From Octopus sinensis (lineage: Eukaryota), in NCBI RefSeq assembly GCF_006345805.1, contig NW_021836143.1, positions 124,001 through 188,000 on the forward strand: 64,000 nt of DNA, read 5' to 3'. A program made the position numbers and the translations under genes. Below the pieces are notes generated by a model. That model ran no database searches and was not told where the DNA came from. It worked only from the letters and a program-made list of their open reading frames with translations. Positions 11,640-24,359 of this stretch are shown in pieces; position 1 is the first letter of the stretch; each line of letters begins with the position of its first letter.

Positions 11640-12544
11640 GACGTCCAATTAATTTTGCTTTTCTCACAGTTCTGTGCTTTCTGGAAGAAAAGCCTTCACA
11701 TAACTAAGATGCAATGTCAACCAAAAATTTCAAATGGAAGTAGTCCTTTTGTGGCAGAGGTATATGAATTAACTAGATATGCTGGAGATATATGGATCAC
11801 CACACCTTATATCAGGACTCCAGTAGTTCCACAACTGAGAAAGCTGTTTGATACCAAACATAATGTTTATAGTAAAAAAGCTTGCATTTCTGCAGTATCA
11901 GGTGGCTGCCATAATGGATCAGGTCTAGCATGAATAAATTATGCGTCGAGCATATTTTTTTTGTTTCTTCTGCAAGGGTTTCAAAAAAACTTTACAATAA
12001 AAATAAATAGTCTAATGGCTGAGCATCGGGAGGTAGACTGTGTAGTGGACTGGTCTTTTCTGTGAAATTAGGAACTGTGTGAGGTTGATGTAATGTTTTC
12101 AATATCATTTTTATCACTTTCATTATCAAAATTTTCCTCATCCAATGAAGATTCATAAGTATCAATATCAGATTTGTCCAAAGACAAATCACTGTTGTTT
12201 TTGTTTATATTTTGTACATCATCAAGAATAAAATCTTCAAAGTTGGAATCGCTACTTGCTGATGCCATATCGTTAATAACTAAGATGTATACTTTTCTTC
12301 AAATGTTGAAAAAAAACAAAATGTCTCAAAAACTTCACAGTATTTTTACGTGAATAAAGGTGGGAAAGGCTTTATCTCACATTATCTTAAAGCTATAAGA
12401 ATTCAATAATATGATTTGTATATTGTTTTAGCAATTTCATAGAGGAATCAGATACAGTTGGATTTGGCTGGTTCAAACAAATAAAGAGCAATCATTTTTA
12501 GCTGGTTTTGGCTGGTCTAAGATTCTTTAACAGTAAAAGGTTAA
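11640..12544 (-). mobile_element. Decayed piggyBac-type DNA transposon, 5' part with N-terminal transposase remnant
   Basis: Acidic N-terminus MASASSDSNFEDF..., then PNFTEKTSPLHSLPPDAQPLDY and W.P.DTAEMQAFFTINIMFGIKQLSQLWNYWSPD (PGBD4-like) across frameshifts. TTAA+CC end at 12544-12539 with accagccaaa subterminal repeats. No 3' end found. Confidence 0.8.
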
Positions 12545-12994
12545 AGAATCTTTGAAAATTTCAGACTTTAAAATGAAACTAAAAACCTACAAAACTACTT
12601 TTCTTTGAAGCTTTCTATCTATTATTTTGTAAATTTGTTATATGTTCTTAACTTTTTCTGATATTGTACAATACTCTGGATCACATAGATTGTTTAGCTG
12701 AGTAGTAGATGTACAAAATAAAACTTTTTTTTACAATTACCACCACTCTTCACCATTAAACACTATATTGACAAACCTATTAAGATATCACAGTCAACAA
12801 GAACTTTTGAGAAAAGGAGCTGTAATAGCTTCTTCAAATAACAAATGGGATAAATTTGACCACGAGTTAAATAAGCATCATACACAAAGAATTCACTTTT
12901 GTGAGAACCAAACCACAAATCTCTGCTAAAGATCTATTAACTGCATATTTACTAAGGCATGACATAAAAAAACTGGAAAATGACATTCAGTATT

Positions 12995-13410
12995 CTTTCT
13001 TTCATTCTTTTACTTGTTGCAGTCATTTGACTGTGGCCATGCTAGAGCACCGCCTTTAGTCAAGCAAATCGACCCCGGGACTTATTCTTTGTAAGCCCAG
13101 TACTTATTCTATCGGTCTCTTTTGCCGAACCGCTAAGTAACGGGGATGTAAACACACCAGCATCGGTTGTCAAGCAATGCTAGGGGGACAAACACAGACA
13201 CACAAACATATACACACACATACATATATTTATATATACATATATACGACAGGCTTCTTTCAGTTTCCGTCTACCAAATCCACTCACAAGGCTTTGGTCG
13301 ACCTGAGGCAATAGTAGAAGACACTTGCCCAAGTTGCCACGCAGTGGGACTGAACCCGGAACCATGTGGTTGGTTAGCAAGCTACTTACCACACAGCCAC
13401 TCCTGCGCCT
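12995..13410 (-). mobile_element. Family A SINE, full length
   Basis: Reverse complement of the A consensus with head ggcgcaggagtggc. Confidence 0.88.
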
Positions 13411-13419
13411 ATTATTTAG

Positions 13420-13455
<36 letters not shown>

Positions 13456-13944
13456 GACACATACACACAGAAAACACACAAGCACACATATACATACACT
13501 AACACACATGTACACACTCACAGTTAGTTGTCTAAGAATTCTAAACCAGAAAAAGTAGGCACTGATAACAGAGTGGGTTTATTAATATCTATGCAGTGCA
13601 GTATTATAGATCCATTTTAGCTAATTTTATCAATAGGCATAACCATACCCTTCCTACCAGCCCATATGACGAGTGCTGGGATAAGGATTTTCGTCAAACT
13701 TTCATCATGCGCAAAACTGAACGGTAAAATCAGTTGAAATGGATCTATATTAATAGAGAGAGAGAGAGAGAGGAGACTATGATTTATATTTCTAAACCAG
13801 CATAATCATCTGTCTTGCATTCAACTGCTGAGTTTAATGCCCAGTTGCTTTCTTGTTTCAGTGTCACTTAACATATCTTGCAAGTTAACACAACATATCC
13901 AATGAATCAAACTCGATTTATTCCTCTTCAATTGCTGTAACACA

Positions 13945-13987
13945 TCTAAATTCACTGATTCACATATTGTGAATCAGTGAATTTAGA
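13945..13987. repeat. Perfect 20-bp inverted repeat with 3-nt loop
   Basis: tctaaattcactgattcaca-tat-tgtgaatcagtgaatttaga. Confidence 0.95.
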
Positions 13988-14304
13988 ATTTTGTACAAAT
14001 GCCTAAAAGAAATATATATAAACATAGGTTTGTATGAATTACGAGATGGATATCTGAGGTATAATGCGAGTTTTTTCAAGTGCTTATCTTATCCTAAACC
14101 ACGTAAAAGAAACCATACATTTCATGGTTTGGAAAAGAAGTTAATTTTAAGTTAATAATTCCATGATGAGTTGATCAAGTAATTTTTTTAAGAGGGGAGA
14201 ACCTCTGCATCCCAGACAATGTTACTTGGGTGTTTTGTTGTATTTGCAATAATGTAAATATCAAAAGCTCTTCATGAAATCAATTTATTATACAGTTGAA
14301 ATAT

Positions 14305-14699
14305 ACTCTCTTTACTCTTTTACTTGTTTCAGTCATTTGACTGCGGCCATGCTGGAGCACCACCTTTTAGTCGAGCAAATCGACCTCGGGACTTATTCTT
14401 TGTAAGTCCAGTACTTATTATATCGTTCTCTTTTTGCCGAACCGCTAAGTGACGGGGACGTAAACACACCAGCATCGGTTGTCAAGCAATGCTAGGGGGA
14501 CAAACACAGACATATATATATATATATACATATATACGACGGGCTTCTTTTCAGTTTCCGTCTACCAAATCCACTCACAAGGCATTGGTCAGCCCGGGGC
14601 TATAGCAGAAGACACTTGCCCAAGATGCCACGCAGTGGGACTGAACCCGGAACCATGTGGTTGGTTAGCAAGCTACACCACACAGCCACTCCTGCGCCT
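14305..14699 (-). mobile_element. Family A SINE, full length
   Basis: As other A copies; the head ctcctgcgcctata is tandemly duplicated at 14689-14716. Confidence 0.88.
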
Positions 14700-15384
14700 A
14701 TACTCCTGCGCCTATAAAAGAAACTAAACTATAGCTGTATTGCTTTAAAAATATTTTATCTTTAAATTAGTAAACTGTACTATACTCCATGGAGAACTGT
14801 ATGAGTCTGCAATCAGATTGAAGACAGGTCTGCAAGTTAGATTGATTGATAGGTTTAAGATTAGATAGAATGCCATTGAACAATTTCCTTTATTTAAGTA
14901 AAAGAAATTAAGTTGCAAGCCATTGATTTTTTTCTGCTATATTTTTTTTTCTATTTGATGTACAAGATAAAAATAAGTAACTTGTTTTTTTAATATTTAA
15001 ATTTCCAGTAGTTTTACTAATTTAATATATCGAGTATTTTTTTTTTTTTTTCATTATATTTTCCTTATTTTTTGCTTGCATCAGATCTGTTTGACATGTT
15101 AAAGTGGACAGCTGAGTTGACACAATTCCGGGCAACTGACTGAATGTTTTCCCCCTGGCACATAACTTTAGTATGACTAAAAAACATACCTCTGAACTGT
15201 CTGGTGCACTGAGCTGCAATTCTATAGGAACAGCTCATAGATATTAAATATTTATTGAATAGGTAAACATACCTTTGGCTTTCGGTACTGATTTCAGTAC
15301 TACAGTACACCCATATATTTTACTTGCTTCTCAATTACATTGTTTCAGATTCATTCCCACAGTGTGACACTTTGAACAAGTGTT

Positions 15385-15735
15385 TTTCGTCTATAGTCCC
15401 AGGCTGACTAAAGCCTTGTGAGTGACTTTAGAAGACAGAAACTGAAAGCAACCTACCACGCGTACACACATACGTGTATGTGTGAGTTTATGTTGGTGTT
15501 TCTTTATCTTGACATCACATGATAGTTGTAAGCAAGTGTCACTGTCACACAAATAGTATACATTATTTCCTTCCAATCCTCCATGAAAACATGTCTGGCC
15601 AAGGGGTAATGTTACCTTATCTGGAAACAGATGAGGGTTGGTGACAGAAAGAGCATTTAGCCATAAAAAATCTTCCTCAGTAAATTCAATTTTAACCTGT
15701 GCAAGCATGGAAAGTGAACATTAAAATGTCCACTT
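15385..15735 (+). mobile_element. Older family A-type SINE variant carrying a family C-like tail
   Basis: A-type gactaaagccttgtgagtg...gaaactgaaag, then gggttggtgacagaaagagcatttagcc...gcaagcatggaaagtgaacattaaaatg. Confidence 0.6.
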
Positions 15736-16817
15736 CTATCATGAAGAGTTTATATAATTGTTTATATTGGTAGATATCATTTAATTTTGTACAACTTACA
15801 ACAAAGGAATAATTGGTACAGCAACAAGAATTCTACATGTTGGCATTTACTGAGTACCCTTATCAGTCCCCTAATATCACACACCACTCTTATCACTTAC
15901 CTACTGCTCAAGTGCTGCTGCCATGAAAAACATATCCAGCACACTCTTTATAGTTGTTGGTGTTAAGGAAGGGAATCCAGCCATAGAAACAAATCCAAGA
16001 ACAAAATACATAAGCAGGGCATGGTCTTCTGATCCATCTCAGCAAGCAATGTCTTCAAAGATGTGCTGACTATATCTATAGCAATCTATCCAATTCATAC
16101 CATCTTGGAAAGAAGACAGATAATGATTACGACACATGCACACGCATGTATGTGAATGATGCAGTATGTAAATAAAGAATAATTTGCAAACTGTATGAAA
16201 TGAATTTGTTTTGCAATCCCTTATCTGTTGCTGGTATCTGTTGTTACTACAAGAGAAACTGCATTATTAATTAACTTAAGGGCTAAAAGCTATTAGGAAT
16301 TTACTCAAAAGACTTACACTTTAATCTTTAGCCATTGCCTTGAATCAAAAATCTGCAAATTGGTATTCTAGTCTGATGTGCAAACTCACTGCATTTTCTT
16401 GAGAATTGGGACATAATTATGAGTCATAGCACTTTTCACAATGACATATCTAAAACCCTCCAATTTGTCTTGTTTTTTAAGGCTGCATGTATATTTCTTG
16501 TGGCATTTGTTTCTTTCAGCATATTTTAGCTTAATATTGCAAAAGAGGTGTTAATTTATCTAAATAGTTTACATCTTCTCTCTCCATACCCCATGCTACT
16601 TGAAGTAACTGCAAACTAAGAATGTACAAAAAAAATTAATTGAAATATAACACGGATAAACAAATAAAAATAACAAAAAAGGACTTAAATTTGAGATGTA
16701 GGAAATAAAATGTGATAGAGTAAAAAAAAATCTCTCCATTTTTTTTTTTGCAGAACATTCGCACACAATTATGAAACTCACTCATGCACATAGATACAAA
16801 AGTACACAAACCAAACG

Positions 16818-16860
<43 letters not shown>

Positions 16861-16944
16861 ATATGTGCGTGTGTGTGTGCTCAGCATACACATTTATTTA
16901 GATCACAAGTGAACTAAACCCCTCATTTTATATATATATTTATA

Positions 16945-16986
<42 letters not shown>

Positions 16987-18071
16987 TAGAGAGAGAGAGA
17001 TGTGCATGTGTGTATCTATGTGTGTCGGCATGTATATATGTGTGTGTGTATATATATATTACACATAAGCACATGCATACACACAGAGAGGAAGAGAAGA
17101 CACATGATATTAAATCTTGAACTTGTGCCAAAATGATAGAACCAAGGGCTTTATAAAAAGAATGAAAATTCTACTGAGACAACTGTCAGAGATAATCATA
17201 AAACTCTTTTGTTCTAATAGCATTGTGGCACTGGTTTAAAATAATAGACATTCAAATTTCAATAAATTAAAAAAAAACAGTGAAGAAAAATAATAATTCA
17301 GGACTTCATTAAAATGTGACTAATTCCATAAATTTTATGTTCATGTAATTCATTTTTTCTCTTTTTTTTTTTTACATTTTCCTGAATAGAATTTTAATTT
17401 TAACTCAATTGTTTCTTATTTTAACTTTCTTTGTATTTTGTTTTTTCACCTCTGAAGAAAATATTTGTGAATGATTAAGACTTCACTAAATGGAGAATCA
17501 TGAGGAAATTGTATGAAACACTTTGTTATTATGTTTTTTTTTTCCATGTAACACTGCTATTGCTACTGCTTTATCTAATTTTACCCTTCTATCAGTGTTG
17601 ACATGAAGGTTTGAAGAAATCTCTAATCATGGTTTTCCAATATGAAATTATATTACAAAATATCACTCCCTCTCTCTGACTTCTCTCATCCTTTATTTGA
17701 GAAGTTGTTTGTGAGTATCTGAAAATGTCTATTGCAGTATGTATGTCTGTATGTTTGAGAATTAGAATGAATATATACCTTATGTATCAGTAGGCGTATG
17801 TATATGTCTCTATATTGCCTATAGTGTTGTAATTTATTTTTTAAGTCAACATAGTTGCAGGCATGCTAATGCAATACCTTCAGCAGTTTCTATTTCATGT
17901 TGTTTGTGATGTTCCTTCTCATTCCCAAGATCAAGTTACATTCTGTTTAGTTATTACTGATGCTAGGTTAGTGACTTTGCAGAAACTGATGTACCTTGTG
18001 TATTATTGCATATTAACTTCTTTCATTTTATTTGAGGAACAAACGATCAGTTAACCCAGGTATTTATTAAA

Positions 18072-18468
18072 TACTAGCAGTATCGCCCGGCGTTGGTCGG
18101 GTTTGTAAGGGAAATAACTATATAAGCATTTTTAGAGAGTTATAGCCAAACAATAGCAAAAAATGCATAAAAAATGGAAAAAAAATGGTGAATTTTTTTA
18201 AAAATCGTTGACTCATCGTAGACATTTTTAGAGAGTTACTTCCCTTATATAATAGCGAAAAAATGCATTAAAATGGAAAAAAATGATGGTAAATTTTTCT
18301 TTAAATCGTAGACTCATCGTAGACGCGTGCTAATACCCAGAAGGGCTCGATATGAATCATGACTATAAGATACCCGGTTTTGGTTAAACTGCACCGCAAA
18401 ATGTGGGAGTAGTTAGGAATCTAAATCGTAAGAAACAGACACACAGCTTCACTTTTATATATAAAGAT
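18072..18468 (+). mobile_element. Non-autonomous Helitron-type (Lep1/HINE-like) element with an internal tandem duplication of about 95 bp
   Basis: Starts tactagcagtatcgcccggcg, ends acagacacac...cttttatatataaagat; unit catttttagagagtta...actcatcgtaga occurs twice. The family assignment rests on remembered end motifs. Confidence 0.6.
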
Positions 18469-18952
18469 TTCAGTGAAATCTTTGGTTAAATCAGTTAGAG
18501 TATACAATATGCAGTTAAATAATTCTAGGAGTAGATGGGATTCTCCATAATAGTTTACAGTATGCCTGCATGTATAGAAGAACACTAGGAGTATACTTCT
18601 ATAAATGTATAAAACGAGGAGTGACACAATAGTGTATCAACAGGTCCATATGAATTCATAGGACATTTTGCCTCACTGACAGACAACCAGACAAAGTCTT
18701 GACAGTTGTATCTTCTTTCAAGTGTTACATTGCACCCATACGCAAAGTACATGGCAGAGTCTACTTAGCTACAAGTATGTTTAAGGATGGTAATATAATC
18801 GACTACAGAAAACAGGGAGAAGATGTTGCGATCAACAAGTATAGTGACAACCTTGCAATACTGAGTTCAATTCCTCGGACATGAAAAGGTGTCAATGATA
18901 GATCAACATCCTCTTCAAAGATATATGATATTCTATATATATATATATATAT

Positions 18953-19206
18953 CTCATGCCGGTGGCACATAAAAAGCACCATCCGTTCGTGGCCGTTTGC
19001 CAGCTCTGTCTGGCACCAGTGCGGGTGGCACGTAAAAAGCACCCACTACACTCACGGAGTGGTTGGCGTTAGGAAGGGCATCCAGCCGTAGAAACACTGC
19101 CAGATTTGACTGGGCCTGATGAAGCCTTCTGGCTTCACAGACCCCAGTAGAACCGTCCAACCCATGCTAGCATGGAAAACAGACGCTAAACGATGATGAT
19201 GATGAT
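18953..19206 (+). mobile_element. Family C retroposon (2 units)
   Basis: Near-identical to the 3' parts of 28282-28757 and 46779-47220. Confidence 0.88.
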
Positions 19207-19256
19207 ATACATATATATGTATATACATACACACACACATATATATATATATACAT

Positions 19257-19460
19257 AGTTAATCCAAAGAGAAAACACAACAACGCGAGGACGTGGAACA
19301 AGTATAGTGTTATTGGACGCTCAGGAAAGCAGGAAAAAAAGAAAGAAGGGGGATTTAACGTTTCGAGCGGAGCTCTTCGTCAGAAATATTGGAAAAGGAA
19401 AGATCCAAAGAAGGGTAGATGGAGGAAAAAAAATCGCCAACGGTACACATGCGATCACAT
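19257..19460 (-). mobile_element. HHR-bearing solo element, family P2 copy a (Penelope pLTR-like), inside (AT)/(AC)n
   Basis: Homologous to 62942-63144 in the opposite orientation; CpG-rich. Confidence 0.78.
19353..19387 (-). ncRNA. Minimal type I hammerhead ribozyme, intact core
   Basis: Minus strand: AUUU-CUGACGA-A-GAGC UCC GCUC-GAAA-CG-UU^AAAU; helix III lies in the palindrome AACGUU. Confidence 0.8.
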
Positions 19461-19493
<33 letters not shown>

Positions 19494-20070
19494 CATACAT
19501 ACACACACACATATATACATACATACACACATATATACATATATATATATATATATCTTTCATATTGTCAGAACAGTGAAAACCCTAAAACATGCACTCA
19601 TCTTATAAAGCTTTGTAACTCAGAACAAGCATATACTTAAATCATTAACATGAAACTTTAGTTTTTAATAACACTAGCTTGGAGTTAAAAAGTACTACAG
19701 CTTGTTGTTTTAGGATGTAAACATGAACATATACTACAAAGATAAATATTCATTTATGAAAACATGTATCTACTCGCAGCTAGAAATTATAAATTTTAAG
19801 GAAAAATAGATACTATATTATATAAATATGAAATTTTATACTTTGAGTCATTATAATTATGAAGGTAAAGTAGGGTATAGTAGACACAAGTACAGATGTA
19901 GCTACAATTGAAAAATGCTTGTATGAGATTAAAAGTTGCCAGACTGGGGCAGGATAAGGCTCCCTTTTATTTTTATAATATGCAAGCAGTATGTACACAG
20001 CATTGCTTGGGTAAGAATATAATCAGAAAATTATAAAGTTAGTAATAAAAATCATCAAAAATCATTATAT

Positions 20071-20460
20071 AGGCGCAGGAGTGGCTGTGTGGTAAGTAGC
20101 TTGCTAACCAGCCACATGGTTCTGGGTTCAGTCCCACTGCGTGGCATCTTGGGCAAGTGTCTTCTACTATAGCCCCGGGCCGACCAAAGCCTTGTGAGTG
20201 GATTTGGTAGACGGAAACTGAAAGAAGCCTGTCGTATATGTACATATATATATATATGTATATGTGTGTGTGTGTGTGTATGTCTGTGTTTGTCCCCCTT
20301 GACAACTGATGCTGGTGTGTTTAAGTCCCCGTCACTTAGCAAAAGAGACCGAAAGAGTAAGTACTAGGCTTACAAAGAATAAATCCCGGGGTCGATTTGC
20401 TCGACTAAAGGCGGTGCCCCAGCATGGCCGCAGTCAAATGACTGAAACAAGTAAAAGAAT
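20071..20460 (+). mobile_element. Family A SINE, full length
   Basis: Consensus head, CORE-like block and tail. Confidence 0.88.
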
Positions 20461-21814
20461 ATAAGAAAAAGAAAAGAAAAGAATAAAGTTAATTTATAAA
20501 GTAGGTTCACTATGCTCTTCATTTATGCTTGTATTGGAATATATATTGGAAAATAAAAGGTTAAGACGGAAAATTATAATAAAATAACAAAGGTAGAGAA
20601 ATGTGTAACCTGTGAATAAAATATGAAATTCTTTGCCCACACAACAGGTGTATCAATTTGTAGGGTCACCATACAAATCAGAGTAGCATGAATGGTTGCA
20701 TGTATGTATAACTATAGCTACAAATTTCATTGTATTTAAACATTTTTAATTAGTTACATTTTGGGATTTTAAATTTTTTAACACTTGGACAAAAAACTTG
20801 ATTTCAAACATAGTTAGTTTATCTCTTGCAGTCAGTGGACAAACAATGTCTGGTTGAAGCCATTCAAACTCTCCTTATTCTATGAAAACAATAAAAAATG
20901 CATGTTATAACTCTAATTTATCTCTTCTTGAAAATGGCATTAAGTAAGCACTCTAATTTATTATCTTTGGTAATGCCAATATCTGGAAAATATTCCTCTA
21001 TTTAAGAAAACTATCTTAGTGCCTGGTCACAGATATTTAAGACTCATGGACAATCCAGATTAGTATAGCCTTCCCTGTACAAACTAAAAGATTTGAATGT
21101 TGATGTGAAAATTATAGGTTATTTGCAAGACAAATATTTAGCTAGAAGCCTTACAAATTTTTAATCAAGTTTGGAATATTTTTGCAAGCCAGGTAAAATA
21201 TCTATAAAAGTTTGTGTTGCTACTGAATTTCAAAATTAACATTCAAAGAATGGTATTATATGGTATCAGCTTAAATAATTTTCAAACAACAAGGAATTTG
21301 TAATGAAATAATGCATTTTAATAATGTAATATTCAACATTTTCTGTAAAGATGTATAAAAATTTATATTGAATCTGAATCAGTTTTTGAAAGCCAGATAA
21401 AATCTATCAGTTTGTACAATAACTTCACAATATTTTTGCTTAATATTTCAATGCGCAATTTATTTTTCACTTCACCTGAAGATGCCACAAGCATTTCTTT
21501 TGAATAAACTGTTAACCATTAAGCTTTCAATTTAAGAAGAAAAAAAATTTTAAATGGTGTTAACTATTTTATTTCAAAAGGAATGAATTTAAATTAATCG
21601 TACATGAAATTACAATCGTTCTTATTTTAGTGGATGTATATTTCCAGTTTCAGAATATATACATATAATTTAAAAGAAAATAATCAGCATGATGGAGAAA
21701 TGACTGCTGAAGGCTTTATACTCAAATGTATAGACTTGAACAAGTTTATTCTAAAACCAATACCTTTCTTTAATTTAAAAAAATATATTTTACGACGACA
21801 AATAATAATCCTTT

Positions 21815-22032
21815 CTACTATAGGCAAAAGGCCTGAAATTTTTGAGGAAAGGGGAAAGTCTTTAGGTCGGCCCCAGTACCTGACTGGTATTTAATTTATC
21901 GACCTCAAAAGATGGAAAGCAAAATTGACCTCGGTAGAATTTGAACTCACAATGTAAAGACAGATGAAATGCTGCTAAGCATTTTGCCTGGCATGCTAAC
22001 GATTCTGCCAGCTCACCACCTTAATAATAATA

Positions 22033-22091
<59 letters not shown>

Positions 22092-22425
22092 AATAACAAC
22101 AACAAAGGATTTAAAGCACTTGAAAGATTATTGAAAGCTTTGGATACTTAAGGTTACAGGTAGTAACCTGCAACCCACATAAATTCTACCAGGAATAAGA
22201 ATGAGCCTGAGTCAAATCACCAACAATAATAGTAATCTTTTCTACTAGAGGCACAAAACCTAAAATTTGATGGGAGTGATTTGTTGATTTCATCCACTCT
22301 AGGACTCGACTGGTATTTATTTTATTGACCTCAAAAGGATGGAGGGCAAAGTCAATCACAGTGGCATTTAAACTGCATTGCAGCATTTTGTCTGGTGTGC
22401 TAACAATTCTGCCAGCTTGCCACTT
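21815..22425 (-). mobile_element. Two decayed family B SINEs (21815-22020, 22225-22425) separated by (AAT)n
   Basis: Reverse-complement B body motifs gacctcaaaag(g)atgga...aattctgccagct. Confidence 0.7.
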
Positions 22426-22495
22426 AATTCATAACAACAACAACAGTAATAATAATAATAAAAATAATAATAATAATAATTATTATTATTATTAT

Positions 22496-22995
22496 GATAA
22501 ACCCAGAAGGTGTTACTGAGAATGATGACTACAAAATCCTGAGGGATGTAATGATTCAGTGTGACCATCAGATCAGATATTAGAAACTTGATACTGTTGA
22601 GGTGAACAAAAAACGAAAACCACTTGCATGATAATTGACATAGCATTCCCAATGACAATAGGATCAAAGAGAAAGAAGAAGAACAACTGAACAACTACGA
22701 CAATTTGAAGTGGGATATATGCAGGTTGTGGACAATGAGGAGAGTGGACATGATACCAGTAGTAATTGGTGCACTTAAAAGTATCAGCACTCAATTACTA
22801 ATGAGTGCTGAAAAAGATTGGTACTAATGTAAAGATAGAACACCTACAAAAATATTCATTGCTTGGAACTGCAAGAGTTCTACACAGGATTCCTCAAGTA
22901 CGATCAGTAAACATGTGTCACATTAGTCTCCTGGCAGTGGACAGATGACACTTTCCATCATACCCAGCAACATAAGCTAAGAATTTTAATCAAAT
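22496..22995 (+). mobile_element. R4/Dong-clade non-LTR retrotransposon 3' end (restriction-like endonuclease), degenerate
   Basis: ENDDYKIL.D.MIQCDH.I...IIDIAFP.D..IKEKEEE....Y..L...I.RLW.M...IPVVIGAL...SLLGTARVL; flanked by (AAT)n on both sides. Confidence 0.8.
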
Positions 22996-23028
22996 AATAA
23001 CAGTAATCATAATAATATTAACAATAAC

Positions 23029-23069
<41 letters not shown>

Positions 23070-23106
23070 TACTAATAATAATGATAATAATAATAATAAT
23101 GATGAT
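22996..23106. repeat. (AAT)n microsatellite
   Basis: Direct reading. Confidence 0.9.
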
Positions 23107-23475
23107 AATGCAAAGATCCAATGGGATTTTATGATTCAGTGTGACCATAAGATAGACAATAGGAAGCCAGACACAGTGTTAATTGGGAAAGAAAGCAAAC
23201 AATGCTGGATCATAGATATAGCAGGCCCAGCTGACAACAAGGTATGCGATAAGGAAGAAAGAAAAGTTGACAGGTTAGCTTGGGAGGTTAAGCAGTTGTG
23301 GTAGATGAAAAAAGTGGTAGTAGTACCAATAAATGCCAGAACCCTGGGAACTGTGAGTAAAAATTTTGAGAAGTACATGAAACAAATAGGGGCTGCAGTA
23401 AGGGTGGACCACTTGCAGAAAACAGCACTGCTTGGAAGTACTTGAATACTTCAGATGGTGCTTGAAAAATACTGA
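23105..23475 (+). mobile_element. Second R4/Dong-clade endonuclease fragment
   Basis: NAKI.WDFMIQCDHKIDNRKPDTVLIGKESKQCWIIDIAGPADNKV.DKEERK...LQKTALLG. Confidence 0.82.
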
Positions 23476-23556
23476 TATATATATGATGTGGATTTGGGTT
23501 CATAATTTCCTATTGTCTTATACTCATATTCTATTTCTAGTATCCCATTGACAAAG

Positions 23557-23607
<51 letters not shown>

Positions 23608-23810
23608 TATATTATTATATGATTGAATGCCATGTATCCTTTTCCAAGCAGAATTCTGCATATATTAATGGATTTCAATATGTATATCCCGTAAAAAGAG
23701 ATTTCCTGTTGTTTGATAGCACATGATAGCCAATGCCTGCAGAGGAGCTTTGCAAAGCACGTTATAAAGTTATTACCAAGAGAATAATATAAGTGTGTGT
23801 CTGTGTGTGA

Positions 23811-24150
23811 AGGTACATGGCTCGGTGCTTAGAGCATTGGGCTCACAATCATGAGGTAGCGAGTTTAATTCCTAGATCAGGCTGTATGTTGTGTTCTTGA
23901 GCAAGACACTTTATTTCATGTTGCTCCAATTCACTCAGCTGTAGAAATGAGTTGCTATGTCACTGGTGTCAATCTGTACTGACCATTCCCTTTTCCTTGG
24001 ATAGCATTGGTGGCATTGAGAAGAGAGGCTGGTACGCATGGGTGACTGCTGGTCTTCCACTACGAAACTTACCTGGACTTGTGCCTCAGAGTAACTTTCT
24101 AGGTGAAATCCATAGGGCATTCATGACCAAAGGGGCTCTCCAGCCTTTAC
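23811..24150 (+). mobile_element. Older tRNA-headed SINE (family D)
   Basis: A-box-like tggctcggtgcttagagc, B-box-like gagtttaattcc, gtgttcttgagcaagacactt block. Confidence 0.6.
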
Positions 24151-24322
24151 CTTATGTGTGTGCATGGACACACACACACACATACATATATGTATATATA
24201 TATATACATGCACACACACAAACATATATAAATATGTATGTATGCATGTGTAAGTATATATATATATATACATATATACACAGTAGTTTGCATAATATTA
24301 CCAGATATTTCAAACATGACAG

Positions 24323-24359
<37 letters not shown>

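Noticed and set aside
15890-15915. Minus-strand AG|GTAAGT as a recursive splice site (also near 24070 and 30800)
   Set aside because: No polypyrimidine tract upstream, and the first two sites lie in decayed SINE sequence.
19113-19160. CTGATGA-AGCC-ttct-GGCT in family C as a hammerhead
   Set aside because: No GAAA after the stem and no helix I/III; older copies read ctggtgcagcc, so the match is incidental.
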